A stretch of DNA of 64,000 bases from a virus: the IMG/VR virus record IMGVR_UViG_3300032247_000624, positions 4,277-68,276 of that record; one strand, written 5' to 3'. Numbering within the stretch: the stretch's first letter is position 1; every line of letters begins with the position of its first letter. Below, in pieces: positions 1-12,800 of the stretch. The notes beneath the pieces were generated by a model. That model was not told the origin of the DNA. It was given only the letters and a program-made list of their open reading frames with translations, and did no database searches. A program made the translations under genes and the position numbers.

Positions 1-238
1 GTGCCGATACAGTGGATAATGTGCTTAGATATACTACGTTTGTACCAATATCAACACTGGTACTATCAATAGAAGTCACAGTACCGTTGACTTGTACTGA
101 TCCTTGAACAACTAAATTTCCGCCTATACTAGCGCCGCCCAAGACTGTTAAAGCATTGGCAGCAGTGCTTAAAATTGACGCAGTATTACTGACTATAAGG
201 CCATTTTTGACCTTAAAATTATTTTCTATGGTTGCCAT
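1..238 (-). CDS. Virion structural/fibre protein, partial (runs off the window's left edge)
   Basis: ATG at 238 preceded by GGAAAGGGAA SD. Translates MATIENNFKVKNGLIVSNTASILSTAANALTVLGGASIGGNLVVQG..., the same N-terminal F-x-x-K-N-G motif as the 965-aa neighbour. Absent from the ORF track because it is truncated. Confidence 0.8.
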   Translation of the reverse strand, partial: MATIENNFKVKNGLIVSNTASILSTAANALTVLGGASIGGNLVVQGSVQVNGTVTSIDSTSVDIGTNVVYLSTLSTVSA

Positions 239-253
239 TAGTTTCCCTTTCCA

Positions 254-279
254 CGTAACGGCTGGTTACGCTATATTTA
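254..279 (-). promoter_or_regulatory. Late promoter TAAATA (274-279) followed by a leader hairpin CGTAAC-N5-GTTACG
   Basis: Minus strand reads cTAAATAtagCGTAACcagccGTTACGtggaaagggaaactaATG. Confidence 0.55.
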
Positions 280-299
280 GTGTTAAAAGGAAAATGTGG

Positions 300-3197
300 T
301 TAAGCTGTTATTCCAAATCTGACAACTTTGATAGTCATTGAAGTAGCACCTACTGGTGTAAAAGTTAATACTACTTGTCCGCTGGTTAAACTGGCACCAA
401 ATCCGCCCAGTTCTCCGTTGTTTGTGCTTGTGCCGTACTCGTTTATATAAACATTTGCCCCATCGTGAAACACCGTCATTTCTGTGATATGGCAACTGGT
501 AGTGGCCACATTGACTTGATCAACAACTTGTACTGTATACCTAGCAGTTCTATATGTGGTAGCGTTGTAGCTGTCAAGATTTACAGAACCTGTACCACTT
601 ATTGTATTGCTGGTATAGCTGGATACTAGAGTATTGTTGCTGTATAAAGCAGGAACTACATTTCCAGGAGAAGATAGAGTGGCGCCAACTGTAATTGGAC
701 CACCAGCATATATGCCTTTAGCACTGGCTATTCCGCCAGAACTAACGATACTGGCTGTGGTAGTGGATATGGCATCTTGTGTACTGGTACTAATTATGTT
801 ACCCAATGTTGCCGTATTTGTTACAGACAACGTGTTACTGGACTGTAACACAGTGCCAACTATGCTGTTGCCTATTAGACTATTGGTAGTGACTGTGTTG
901 GTCACTGTTAGATTAGCAATGGTCACCGTTCCAGTGAAAATACCGTTCAATGATGTTACTAGATTTCCAACAGTTAACACATTGGTCACAGTCAAATTAT
1001 TGGCAGTAGCATTAGTAAATCCAATAGATCCGATTGTGGACAGCCCAGTTACTGTAAGATTGGTAACTGTGACATTGGTGGCAGTGGTATTTCCCAGTGT
1101 GGTCAATCCGCTGACTTCTAATTTAGAGGTCTGTACATCATTTGATGTCAGCGTGTTCTGTACTGACAAATTGGTAAATGTGCCTGCTACGGCAAATACA
1201 TTGGTAGCGGTGATATTGTTGGCATAAATTGAACCAGTAGAAACCACATCTCTGAACGAACCTGTAGTACTGGTAATTGTATCAACCCCGACACCTTGAA
1301 TGTAAATTGTGCCATCAACATACAAATCACCGTTTATAGTAGCAGATGATGCTACATTTAGATTTGGTGTGAACAATGTGCTTGATGTATAATACAAATT
1401 GCCCAAATCAAATGTGGTAGCAGACGATGTACTTTGGAATGGTATGGTTCCTGTTGCCCCGCCATTCAAATTATTAGACTGTGTGATTGTTCCAACAATT
1501 ATGTTGGTAGCAGTGTTGTAATATGGTTGAGCATTTTGTAAAAATCCTGTAGCATCAGAATAAATTAGATTGTTTCCGCCTAAGTTTCTATTCTGTATGT
1601 TATTTGCAGATACAGTACCGCCAGAATAGACATCTTGGCGTACATAGATGCCACCATTGGACAATACCAACGTACCCAATCCTGTGCTTACCCCGTTGAT
1701 TGATCCTGTTAAGGTAACAGTGCCTCCAAAACTTGAAGCTCCAGCTACTGTTAATCCCCCGGTGCCAGTTCCGCCAATATATACCTGTTGACCAAAATAT
1801 GCGCCGCCGACCACTGACAATGCGCCAGTACCATTGAATGTACCTATTGATGATCCAGATATAGCTAAATTTTCTAAATTCAGTGTTGCAGTATTGGTTC
1901 CGCTATTGGTATAGAAGAATCTAGCGCCATCAAATGCTGTTACGCCAGGCGCGGCTTGGAATGGAACAGCCCCAGTTGTTCCTGATAATAAATTGGTAGA
2001 TGTTAACGCAAACCCAACAGTGGATCCGCTGGCGCTGGCCCATGTTAAGGAATTTGCAGCTACAGTCAATAAGGTGCCGTTAGATCCAATTGGCAAAAAT
2101 ACAGTTGTACCTGTAGCACTTTGATATGGCAAACTGCCGGGAGCACCGCCTGCTAAATTTACAGCAGTAGTTGCGGTAGTGGCAAATGTGGCAGTGGTGA
2201 CTGTACCAAATATAGTTCCGTTAACTGTTAGACTGCCAGTGACAGTTGCGGAATTATTGACCGTGAGAGGACCAGAAATAGTAGCAGTTGAGCCAACTGT
2301 TATATCTCGCCATATGCCAACCCCACCGACAACAGTCAAATCACCAGTATTAGTACTCCCTAAACTGGCAGTTCCAGATACCAATTTAACAGCACCTGTC
2401 TTAAAAGTACCGTAGGTGGCGCTGGTAAAGTTGCTAAGAGTGCTTTCAGCTCCTGTGCTGAACCACTCTAAATATTTTGAGCTATCAGATAATACTAGAG
2501 CGGCATTGGTATCTGTACCGTTAAAATAATGGAACCTAAAACCAATGTCTTTCCCGTCATCAAACAGCCAAGGAGTATAAACGCCTGCGCTTGGAACATG
2601 TAGTTCTATAAGGTTATCAGTATAATAGGTATTTGATGATAATACATTGGTAGCAGTGCCGTTAAATGTTACTACATCCTTGAATAGGACTGGACCACCA
2701 ACCACTAAATTTTTGTCAATACCAACACCACCACGAATGTAGATTGCGTTACTTGATATGGTCGCAAGACTAGACAGGGTGCTGTTAACAATGATATTTT
2801 GGGAGAATGTACTGGTTCCACTAAAACTCAAGTTACCAGTTAGTGTAATGCCGCCGGCCACATTCAGTGCGCCCTGTACAGTCAAATCCTGTAGTGTTGC
2901 TGTGTTGGCTACATTGATAGTCTTGTTAAATGTAGCAGGCCCACCCACTGTTAATCCCTGAGCTATAGTGGCGCTTGACCCCACACTCAAATCTTGTCCA
3001 ATTGTAGCAGTAGTGGTTACAAATAGCGCATCACCAAATGTTCCAGTGGTGCCTACTATCAAATTTTGGGCAATGGCCGCACCGCCATAGACCTGCAGTG
3101 CTCCATTTTGATCAACTGAATCTGTTACAGGGTTTTGTCCTAGGACAATTACCCCATTCTTGATAATGAAGTCTTGAGTTGCGTTTGTTAAAGCCAC
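300..3197 (-). CDS. Thr/Gly-rich virion fibre/structural protein (965 aa)
   Basis: GTG start. Repeated GALxVxGGxGI and (G)GxxGxxP(Y/F)Q motifs and beta-strand TNLTV repeats. C-terminal YRTARYTVQ...EYG domain is typical of T4-like virion proteins. Confidence 0.8.
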   Translation of the reverse strand: MALTNATQDFIIKNGVIVLGQNPVTDSVDQNGALQVYGGAAIAQNLIVGTTGTFGDALFVTTTATIGQDLSVGSSATIAQGLTVGGPATFNKTINVANTATLQDLTVQGALNVAGGITLTGNLSFSGTSTFSQNIIVNSTLSSLATISSNAIYIRGGVGIDKNLVVGGPVLFKDVVTFNGTATNVLSSNTYYTDNLIELHVPSAGVYTPWLFDDGKDIGFRFHYFNGTDTNAALVLSDSSKYLEWFSTGAESTLSNFTSATYGTFKTGAVKLVSGTASLGSTNTGDLTVVGGVGIWRDITVGSTATISGPLTVNNSATVTGSLTVNGTIFGTVTTATFATTATTAVNLAGGAPGSLPYQSATGTTVFLPIGSNGTLLTVAANSLTWASASGSTVGFALTSTNLLSGTTGAVPFQAAPGVTAFDGARFFYTNSGTNTATLNLENLAISGSSIGTFNGTGALSVVGGAYFGQQVYIGGTGTGGLTVAGASSFGGTVTLTGSINGVSTGLGTLVLSNGGIYVRQDVYSGGTVSANNIQNRNLGGNNLIYSDATGFLQNAQPYYNTATNIIVGTITQSNNLNGGATGTIPFQSTSSATTFDLGNLYYTSSTLFTPNLNVASSATINGDLYVDGTIYIQGVGVDTITSTTGSFRDVVSTGSIYANNITATNVFAVAGTFTNLSVQNTLTSNDVQTSKLEVSGLTTLGNTTATNVTVTNLTVTGLSTIGSIGFTNATANNLTVTNVLTVGNLVTSLNGIFTGTVTIANLTVTNTVTTNSLIGNSIVGTVLQSSNTLSVTNTATLGNIISTSTQDAISTTTASIVSSGGIASAKGIYAGGPITVGATLSSPGNVVPALYSNNTLVSSYTSNTISGTGSVNLDSYNATTYRTARYTVQVVDQVNVATTSCHITEMTVFHDGANVYINEYGTSTNNGELGGFGASLTSGQVVLTFTPVGATSMTIKVVRFGITA

Positions 3198-3208
3198 AAT
3201 TTTTTCCG

Positions 3209-4054
3209 TTAAGGTGTCATCGCAGTTCTAAGAACTTTGACAGTTTTCTGTGAAGTCGCGTACATGGTCACATATAGCTCTGCTGTGGGCGGATTTGTGG
3301 TTGTGTTGACTTGGCTGCTAAATGCGCCCAACTCGCCCCCGTTGGTTGTAATGCCGTACTCGCTGACATACGTTCCGTACCATCCTGTGGCAGTATTTGC
3401 TACCAACATCAACAATTCTGATACTTGATAGTTGTTGTTGTTTGGATCATCAATCTGCACTAGATACTTGGAACTTCTGAACTGTGTTACAGGATAAAAG
3501 TCAATCATTGTTGGGAGCGCAGTAGTAACCAATGTAGATGTGGTGTCAAATACCGCATCAGCAATTTGTACGTGCTCAGAATAAAGAGTTCCGCCAACAT
3601 AGACATCTTTTGAAATACCAACTCCGCCTGCTACCACTACAGCCCCAGATATTGTGCTTAGGGAATTGGTTGTATTGGCAAACGTTATAATATTTGTAGT
3701 AGTGGCGCCACGATTGGAAACTGTTTGAAAAGTGGATGTGTCACTTATAACTATTTGCTGAGTAGCCGTACTGTAGACAATTGATATATCTGTGCCTGAT
3801 TTAAATGTCTGTAGCAATGTAGCCGTGGTCAATACACTGTTACCATTAATTGTGATAGTTCCATTGTTGATGATCACAGTTTGTGTGCCTGTGCCAATAA
3901 TTATGGTTCCGCCTGTTACAGTAGTGGCATTGATTGGGCCTTGATTAGTTTTATACCATGCATAACCGTTCCATGTATAGGTAACGCCATTTAGGGTGTA
4001 GGTAGCACCCACATTTGTACCGGAAGCATAAATTGGAAAACCTAATGTTGTCAT
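3209..4054 (-). CDS. Virion structural protein (281 aa)
   Basis: N-terminal FP...TYTLNGVTYTWNGYAW. C-terminal FRSSKYLVQI...SEYG domain is paralogous to the 965-aa protein's C-terminus. Confidence 0.75.
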   Translation of the reverse strand: MTTLGFPIYASGTNVGATYTLNGVTYTWNGYAWYKTNQGPINATTVTGGTIIIGTGTQTVIINNGTITINGNSVLTTATLLQTFKSGTDISIVYSTATQQIVISDTSTFQTVSNRGATTTNIITFANTTNSLSTISGAVVVAGGVGISKDVYVGGTLYSEHVQIADAVFDTTSTLVTTALPTMIDFYPVTQFRSSKYLVQIDDPNNNNYQVSELLMLVANTATGWYGTYVSEYGITTNGGELGAFSSQVNTTTNPPTAELYVTMYATSQKTVKVLRTAMTP

Positions 4055-4064
4055 GTCTTTGCCT

Positions 4065-6431
4065 TTAAATTGTTGTTATCTGGATCCAAAATGTACTTGT
4101 TCCATCTTGAATAAATTGTAGTTGTCCACCGGCCACTGTATCAATCCAAAAATCACCTATGTTTGGATTATCTGGAGGTATACCTGTCCCAGTTACTGTG
4201 ACTTTTGGTGTGTATAACAAGTAATTTTGTAGAGGATTTCCATCAGCACTATAAATGTTTCCTTGTACGCCCACACCACCCGCCACAGTGACTGCGCCAG
4301 TGGTAGTGCTGGTCGATGTGGCAGTTCCAATGACATTAAGTGTGGTTATTGTTAGCGTATTTGACCATTGAGGGTTAGATCCATTTGATACCAATACAGA
4401 ATTATTAGGTCCAATGGATATGAAAGAGGTTGAGCTAGATGCCACTTGATACACCAAGGCTCCTGCGCTACCACCAGCAATGTTGGATGCTTGACCTGCT
4501 CCTCCGCTAATACTAGCATGTAGTATTCCGCCTACCCATAAATCTCCATTGACACTGGCACCGCCCGTAACCACCAATGCTCCAGATCCCAAAGTGGTAG
4601 CAGAAGTATTTGCAGTTATGCGCACATTGGTAAATGTTCCCCATGCAGCAACGGCATTACCAATATTCATATTGTTGATATTGCCAGTGGTCACCGTTGG
4701 ATATAGTTGTACACTGCCGCCCACAGTGGGCTGAATATATACGGTTGCCCCTTCTGGTGATATATTAACATCAGTTGGGCCATTGACTGTTAGTCCACGA
4801 CCAATATTTACGTTTCCAGCAATACCAACACCGCCATTGACTGTCAACGATCCCGTGTTAATTGAACTAGATTCTATGTAATTCAATATGTTAACTGGTC
4901 CACCTATGATAGCATTTTCTGTCACAGCTAATCCGCCTAACACTGATAACGCACCTATAGGATTGTTTACAGTTACAGTACCTCCGTTGATATACGACGA
5001 GTATCCAGCATGTGAATCTAAAGGTACTAGCAAATCTATATCAGTATATAGTAATAATGTATTTGTAGAAGTCACACGAACATAGAATGATTGATTGTTT
5101 AGTTGTGTGGTTCCCAATATTCCTGTAATAGAAACAACCTGATCTGTAACGATTCCGTGTGGTTGAGCAGTTGTGATTGTAGTCTGCGTGCCTGTGGAAA
5201 TTGCGCTAATTGTAGCAGTTATTTTTATATTTGTTGCGTCTTCTCCTAGACCTACGCCAGTATCCGCGTTAAGCTGCAAGTACCCAGCACCGTTATAGTA
5301 AAATACTGATCCAATGTTGACTTGGTTGTCTACTCCATCAACCATGTTGTCACCGCCAATAGAAATATTACTATTTCCACTCTTCATGTTTTGAGCAATA
5401 TCGTGGCCTAAGAAGAAATTGTAGCTGCCTGTAGTAAATTGATTGGCAACTTTGTAGCCTACAAAGAAGTTTTCTGTGCCGTTAACGAGATTTACACCAG
5501 CATCTGTACCAATAGCAAAGTTATTGTTCCATAATACATCAATGGACACAGTTCCGCCGCTGGTGTATGTGCTAAAACCCCTACCATCAAGTGGGGTTCC
5601 TAGAATATTATCAGTGTACAGGGCCACAGTGGAAGATGATAACACTTTGGCATAGTAACTGTCACCATTGACTTCTGTCATACCCAGCACATGATCAACA
5701 TTGATTGCCATACCAGATGTCAATGTGTGATCAACCACAGTCAATACCACAGGAACAGCTTGTGTAGCAGATGAAATGAATCCAGCAAACTCTGTTTGTG
5801 TGGTACCAATATTCATTAAAGCACGGTCGCCAATTGCTATGGTATTTTGTAGTTGAGTGCCTAAACTGGCCGCATGATTGCCTATAGCAATATTTTTGTA
5901 TGCTGAATCAATTCCTTGAAGGCTGTTATATCCAATACTAATATTATCTTGACCGTTAGGAAAATTATTAGATGAAGATGTGGCTACACCAGTTATTGTA
6001 ATGTTATTAATACCGCCGCCACTCTGCGTATTGTAGTAACCTTGCCCAACTGTTAAACCGTGTATGTTAACATCGGCTCCTGTATAAAAACCATCCCAAA
6101 TACCTAAACCACCTTGTACAACTAGTACACCGCTATTTGTACCAGTATTGGCCACAGTGCCTGAAACAACCACAGTGGAAGTGCCTGTACCAATCAACTG
6201 TAAATTGGTATTAGGTACGTTGACATACATGGTACCGCTGGACATTTCAATATTGCCCAAACTACTAGCATAGGTTGTGACCAATTCTGATGGTGGTCGA
6301 ACACTGGTAACAATGGTATAGCCAGTACTGGTAGTGGGGGTGGCAGGCAATTGAGGCTGTGCGCCTTTAAGGGTAATAAATGTATTTGTACTACCCGATC
6401 TTAGTGTTCCACCGCTTAATAATGCTGCCAT
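4065..6431 (-). CDS. Fibre/adhesin-like virion protein with YadA-like NxxIG repeats and two E1-FCCH-like domains (788 aa)
   Basis: NISIGYNSL/NIAIGNHA/NTIAIGDRAL repeats. Two 'H(G/T)(L/I)..G..V.I..V.G.T.(L/V)N...Y...Y..GGTV' modules. C-terminal GDFWIDT motif. Confidence 0.7.
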   Translation of the reverse strand: MAALLSGGTLRSGSTNTFITLKGAQPQLPATPTTSTGYTIVTSVRPPSELVTTYASSLGNIEMSSGTMYVNVPNTNLQLIGTGTSTVVVSGTVANTGTNSGVLVVQGGLGIWDGFYTGADVNIHGLTVGQGYYNTQSGGGINNITITGVATSSSNNFPNGQDNISIGYNSLQGIDSAYKNIAIGNHAASLGTQLQNTIAIGDRALMNIGTTQTEFAGFISSATQAVPVVLTVVDHTLTSGMAINVDHVLGMTEVNGDSYYAKVLSSSTVALYTDNILGTPLDGRGFSTYTSGGTVSIDVLWNNNFAIGTDAGVNLVNGTENFFVGYKVANQFTTGSYNFFLGHDIAQNMKSGNSNISIGGDNMVDGVDNQVNIGSVFYYNGAGYLQLNADTGVGLGEDATNIKITATISAISTGTQTTITTAQPHGIVTDQVVSITGILGTTQLNNQSFYVRVTSTNTLLLYTDIDLLVPLDSHAGYSSYINGGTVTVNNPIGALSVLGGLAVTENAIIGGPVNILNYIESSSINTGSLTVNGGVGIAGNVNIGRGLTVNGPTDVNISPEGATVYIQPTVGGSVQLYPTVTTGNINNMNIGNAVAAWGTFTNVRITANTSATTLGSGALVVTGGASVNGDLWVGGILHASISGGAGQASNIAGGSAGALVYQVASSSTSFISIGPNNSVLVSNGSNPQWSNTLTITTLNVIGTATSTSTTTGAVTVAGGVGVQGNIYSADGNPLQNYLLYTPKVTVTGTGIPPDNPNIGDFWIDTVAGGQLQFIQDGTSTFWIQITTI

Positions 6432-6446
6432 GATGTTATTCCTATA

Positions 6447-6827
6447 TTAACCGTTAGAACTTTCTAAAATACTCATTACCAGTTGAGCAGAATTTGGAGT
6501 TGAACTGAATGCTTTTACACTGTCCAGTGCTTCAATAACCAGTTTGCCGCTTAATATGTTTGCGGCATCATTAGCCGGCAACCCAAATTGATCAATTAGA
6601 TAGCTGTCAACGTTGCCAGGTTGGGCGTTATTTCCCTGGGCATTTTGTTGGACAGGAATGTTCCTATGATGTATGAGACTAATTCCAGCAGTTTGCGTGG
6701 TTAAATTTGATACTTGCGCCATCAAAACAATACTAGTTACACCAACAGGGGCAACATAAACTGTGCTGGTGGTAGTAGTTAAGACTCTTGTCATTGTTCT
6801 GAACGTATTTAATGGTAACTGTGCCAT
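6447..6827 (-). CDS. Small virion structural protein (126 aa)
   Basis: AAGGA SD. All-beta pattern (VYVAP...SIVLMAQVSN...GKLVIEALD...SILE) is seen in T4-like fibre clusters. Confidence 0.7.
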   Translation of the reverse strand: MAQLPLNTFRTMTRVLTTTTSTVYVAPVGVTSIVLMAQVSNLTTQTAGISLIHHRNIPVQQNAQGNNAQPGNVDSYLIDQFGLPANDAANILSGKLVIEALDSVKAFSSTPNSAQLVMSILESSNG

Positions 6828-6841
6828 GATTTATCCTTTTA

Positions 6842-9800
6842 TTAGAATGTTCCGCCGCCTTCAATTGCTAAGATGAACGGAGTCAAATTAGCGAACAGCG
6901 ACTTAGTAAATGTTCTACCGCTTAGAACACCCGTTGCTTGACTGATAACTAACCCTGGGCCAATACGGAAGTCACCGTTTTGGTCAGTTGAAGTAAAGAA
7001 TACTTTACCTGTGTCTAATTGTACAGTTTCTTTGCTTTGTACTGGATCCGCAATACCAAACTGTGGTAATGCGCCATAATTGGTACCAGCACCTACATAT
7101 TCAAACACGTATCCAGACGCACTAATATAACTGCGTTGATAGAAGTTCACCGTTGCTCCATCTGGGAACAGTGTAGCATCTGTAACGTTTTCGCCTAAAC
7201 TCACAATATGGTGTGTGCCATCACGACTCCAATAGCTGAGACCAACTTGGACACTGTTGTAATTGCCGCCTGTTTCTAGGTCATAAATTAGTCTTTGGAG
7301 CGTAATTCCAATATCTCTCTTGCACTTGAGCGCCTGCGAAGGTGTCAGTTTAATTTGATTACTGCCAGGACCAGTATTGAACGAAGTATTAATATAAGAA
7401 ATAGTGTCGTCTATAATGGTTGTTTTTTGGCCTGCCATATAGTTAGCGGCAGCCAATATACCAGAATCTACCCATGATAGATTAGGATGAACTACCGTAG
7501 CAGTTGGTGGAGTGGCATTTTGTATAGCACCATAGATTATCGCAAAATTACTAGATATTTGACCTGTTTGTGTATTTGATCCGTAATTGCCATTTTGACT
7601 CTGCGTTTGAGTATTTCCTGCGGTAGGCGTTACAGTTTGTCCTAATACAACATTTTGAGCAATTTGCGACAGATAATAGTAAGCTGCACTAGTAGCCGCC
7701 GTCTCATTACCTGAAATTACAAGCTGTCCAGCAGGATCAAAGTATGCGTTGGCACAGATTAAAGTAGCACTATTTCCACCATACATGACATCATAGCACA
7801 TGGCATCGATTAAGAATCCAACATCTCGATAACATGCCGCACTATTATATGTTAGGTATGAATAGTTTGCTGAAATCCAAGCAATTATTTCAGATTGTAA
7901 GAACGATTTGTTAGAGGTTAATTGGCTAACAGCATTGATAGTAGCAGTAGTAGCATTAGTTGGAGCAGGGAATGTAACAACATTGGCCACTGTCGCACCG
8001 TTGGCTAAAATATTTTTAATTTCATTAAATTCAGCAGTACTTCTAGCAACCGCAGTAGCATTACTAGCTAGTGCTTGCGCCGCTTGTTGTTGAGCAAAAT
8101 CATAGGCATTAATTGTGGCCACTAGTTCTGTTGAGGTAACTGCAGCTGCAGTACCACGAGCATAAGCAAGTCCAGACGTTACAGCATTATAGTTTGTTCC
8201 AAGAGCAACATCATAATATGTACCATCTAACACATATCCTAAATCACGAGCACATGTTGTTTGGTTATAGACAAATGTGCTGGTATTTGTCAATTGAGAA
8301 ACAAATGCTGATATTTCGTCTTCCATGAATGCTATATTAGCTTCTATTAGAGATATAGCACTGCCCGCACCTTGTGGGATTGTTCCAGATTTTTTAACTA
8401 AGTTGGGAGGGACTACACTATTGTAGGTACTAGTTGTAGCACCAAGTATAGTCACCATTTCGTTGAATCTTAAATCAATAAATGTGTTGGCGTCTGCGCC
8501 GCCTGTAACTGTCAAGAGGAAAGTCTGTGTAGAAGTTTGTGTGCCTGTTTGTAAAGTACGAACAGGAATATTACCAACAACATTGTCCACTAACTCATTT
8601 AAGAAAAGTAAAGAATTAATGTGAGCCTCAGTTTGGTCTACAGTAATATTTCTATTAGATGTAGAAAGAATATTTGTACCAGTTACACGTGGATTATCAG
8701 CAATGGTGCTACTTAACACGGTGTAGTATGCTTTACCACAGAAATAGAATGTAAAATAATTAGGATTATCAGCAAATCCGCCGCCAGTTGGTAGAGCATA
8801 ATTGAATGTCACGCTTTGATAATTCACATCGGTTACATAGGTGCCAGTGGTAAAATACTGTATTCCGTAATTGTCATTTGGAATATAGTTAGTTACTGTG
8901 GTAGTTATCTTACCGTTGCTGTCTAAATAACGACCAAACTCATCATGTACATAAGGGAAACTATCATATGTATAACCAAATTGGTCAGTGATATAAACAA
9001 AGTTGCCCACAGCAATTCCAGTTACATCAATATTATTAATGGTAATACTACCAGTAGTTATTGTGCTAGTACTAGGTTGGGCGTTTAAGAATCCTGGGAA
9101 ACCTTGACTATTTGTATAAGGAACAACTTCACCAGCATAGTTAATGTAAGTTGTTGGCGGAACCACTTCCATAACCAATGATATATGCGGACGATCGTTT
9201 GTATCAGGAAGGAATATCTCAACATTGCCGTTTTTTGGCCAATAACCTTGTGGGTAGTACTGATTCAGTCCATCAGGTCCTGGACTGTAAGGATAGGCAA
9301 TGTACGCAGGGTTATAAATTGTGCCGCTGAATTTACGTAGGCCGTACCCTTTAGCAACCAAACATTGGTCGCCAAAGTTGGCGTTGCTGTTAACAATAGA
9401 TGCAATACCGCCATTATCAACCTGCACCCCCACACTTGAGAAAATTGTAAACACAGAAACTAGCTGTGCGTAACCGTCGTTTGTAATGTGAACTCCTCGA
9501 CCGCCTTGTGTCAATTGAGTAAACGCATCATAAACAAACGATTGAATTGGGCTTCGATCACTAATAACCGCACCATCAACAAGTGATCCGCCCATACCGC
9601 CAATTGGATCAAATTTACGCATATCCCATGTGCCGGTGTTACCTGTGTATTGAAGAGCTAGTTCTTCAACTTGGGGATCTTGTAATGGCCATATGTAGGT
9701 ATCACCAAAATACAATGTAGCATAATCACCAAAACCTACAGTTGCAGTACTCATGCCTACTAGATAGGTATTTGAGGTTAATTGTTGAAGACTAGTTACC

Positions 9801-12800
9801 TTAGGCGCAATTTGTACGTCTAACGCATTTAACCCAGTTGAATTAACCAAGCCGCTTCCTGGATATTCTATAGGAGCATATATTGGACCTCGGTTAATAA
9901 TATCTGTTATTATGTTAAAGTTTCTAGCCACAGCCTGACTAGGCATATATGCGCCGCCATAACTATAGAAGGTATTAATTATTTGTTTAGTTTCAGTCTG
10001 TGGCTGAGGGAACACTGGTTCGTTAGCAATAATTTTCAATGCTAAATCTCTAGCATGACTAATTGCTAAAGTAGTTGTAGTTTCCTGCCCAGTTACATAA
10101 TTGTATCCCTGATTCCAATAAGCCAAACCAGCTTCAATAGATTTAGCATTTCCGCCTAATAATATATCTTGCGAAACAGCGTCAACAATTAATCCAGTAT
10201 CTCTATAGCAAAGAGTTTCATTATAACTAAATGACGGTCCAGGTCTCACAAATGTACCGTTAATAAACGCTATAGTCTCATCTTGAATAAATTGTCTGTT
10301 AGCTATCAACAGATTATATGCGTTCAATACATTTGGATTTGAATCCATTTGTTGACCAATTGGTATTTTTGGTCCTGCTGCCGCCGGCCCGTTACTGATA
10401 ATGTTTGTAATTACAGTTAAATTGCCTTGAAGAGAACCAACTTCGTTACTAGTGGCTGCCGGTAATGTAGTCACTTGAATAGTACTAGTTTGGAATACTC
10501 TCGGTGCTGGCTCAGCTAGTACAACATAGCGCACTAGATCAGAGACAAAATCATAAGCCGCAGTGACTTCAGGTATTTCTGTAGATACTTGACTGCTGGT
10601 GGAAATATAAGAATAATAATAAACCCCAGATTTAACACTTTGTTTGTTGCCACCATGTAACAAGTCAAAGCTAACACTGTTTAAAATGTATCCAAGATCT
10701 CTATAACAAGTTGATGTGCTGTAAACAAATGATGGATATGTATAATTAATCCAATTGATTGTTTGCTGTTGTATTGATGAAATGTTGTTCTGTATAGTAT
10801 TGTATGCAGTAACAATAGTACTAGTTGTACTTGGTAAACCGTTACTTTGGATTATATCAGTAACACCAGCTGTTCCATTATTAAGGATGGTTGTAATTTC
10901 ATTAAACAACCCACTAACAGTGGTTTTAATTCCTGAGTCTGATATCAACGCTACAGTCAATGAACTGGCAAAATTAATGGCAGCAGTAGTTGTAGTTAAT
11001 TCAACTCCAATTAGGCCAGTCAACCCGCCTTGATTCCAGTACTGTAATCCCGCAAATGTACTTTCACTTAGACTATCGTATAATAAGTCTGTAGCAATGC
11101 TGTCAATAATCAAACCAGTATCTCTATAGCAGGTAGATGTGTTATAGGTATAGCTTATAGATTGATATGTGTTGTCAATATATTGTAAAACTTCAGCTTG
11201 TATGAAACTTAGATTAGACTGTAAAATCGTCAAAGCATTTAGCGCATCAGTCGATGTTGTTCCAATTAAACTAATAGGACTCACATCTGCTGCAACACTC
11301 GGACCGTTGGCAATAATGTTTGTTATAGTACTGAATGCTTGAGCAAACAAATCAATCGTTGCTGTTGTAGTAACTGCTGGAGCTGATACCAAGTTTTGTG
11401 TAGCAGTTGATAGTGCTATAACAGGAATATTTTGTATAACTTCACCAACTAGGTTTGACATGAATGCGAATGCCGCTACCGTTTGCGTAGTTTCATTCAC
11501 AATATTGGATACTGTGCTTATGAATCCGTAATAGCATAATCCTGCTTGAATGCTCTGCTTGTTACCGCCATGTAATAAATCAAAAGATACACAATCAGTC
11601 ATGTAACCAATATCTCGTTTACAAGTTTCTTGATTATATGTTGTGCTAAATCCTGGATTTGTTGCGTTAATGTAAGCAACAACTTCTGCCTCTAAATAAG
11701 CCTTATTGGCTTGTAATAAGGCGTAAGCATTTTTAATACTTAAGAATCTACTTGCTGTGAACCCAAATTCTAATTGGTCAGTCCATCCAGTTGTTTTTCC
11801 ACCTAATATGGATAAAATATTACTGTAGTTTGCTTGTATAATGGCTGCTTCGTCAGCATTTGCTGGTGTTAAATTAGTTACCTGAGGTACTGCTGTTTGA
11901 TAACGTGCCACCAAATCATCTGCTGGTGTGATATTTTGAACAATCTTAGCACTTAACTCGCTCAGGTATTTGACAGCTGATACTGTTTGATTGATCTCGT
12001 CAGGAATAATTGCCTGTGTGCTGGTGCTTTGGCTGTAATATTGAAGTCCGGCAAATGTACTTTGACTAAACGACGATGTTGGGAATAATACATCTTCTAT
12101 TACAGAGTTTAAAATAACACCAATATCTCTTTCACATTTTACTTTATTGTACGGGAAAGCCTGGAATGTATTATTGATCCAGTTGATTGTGTCTTCTTGA
12201 ATGAATTTTCTATTCAACTGCATTAGTACTTCAGCGCTGAGGTAAGCGGCATCAGCGGCAGAACTACTGAATGATTCAGGAGCTGCACTTGGACCATTTT
12301 GTATAATATCAGTTATGATACCAAAACATGAAGCTATGCTAGAACTAGCCACAGATCCTTGATTCAACACAGTGTTAATAACCTGAGTTCCAGATGAAAT
12401 TCCGTAGACTGGGGCAAGTAATGTACATGTGGTATTGGTAATAACTTGCTGGCATAGCGAATTTAAATAATTAATAGCTGCCGCAGTTTGTGGCTGTTGA
12501 CCAGCAATTATACTGACCGCACCATTCCAGTATGCCAATCCAGATTCGATAGATTTAGCATTACCACCAAAAGTAGCATCATAGGCCACGTTCTCAATTA
12601 AAATTCCAGTGTCTCTATAGCATAGTTCTCGATTGTATGAGAATGTGTTAAATTGGCTGTCAACGTAAGCAACTACTTCTGCTTGAATAAAACTTCTGTT
12701 TGCTTCCAGTAATTGCCAAGCATTTAGTACTTCGATATTTCCAGATTCGTTGTAAGCTATAGGAGCTTGTTCTCCAGCTACTGATGGACCATTAACGATG

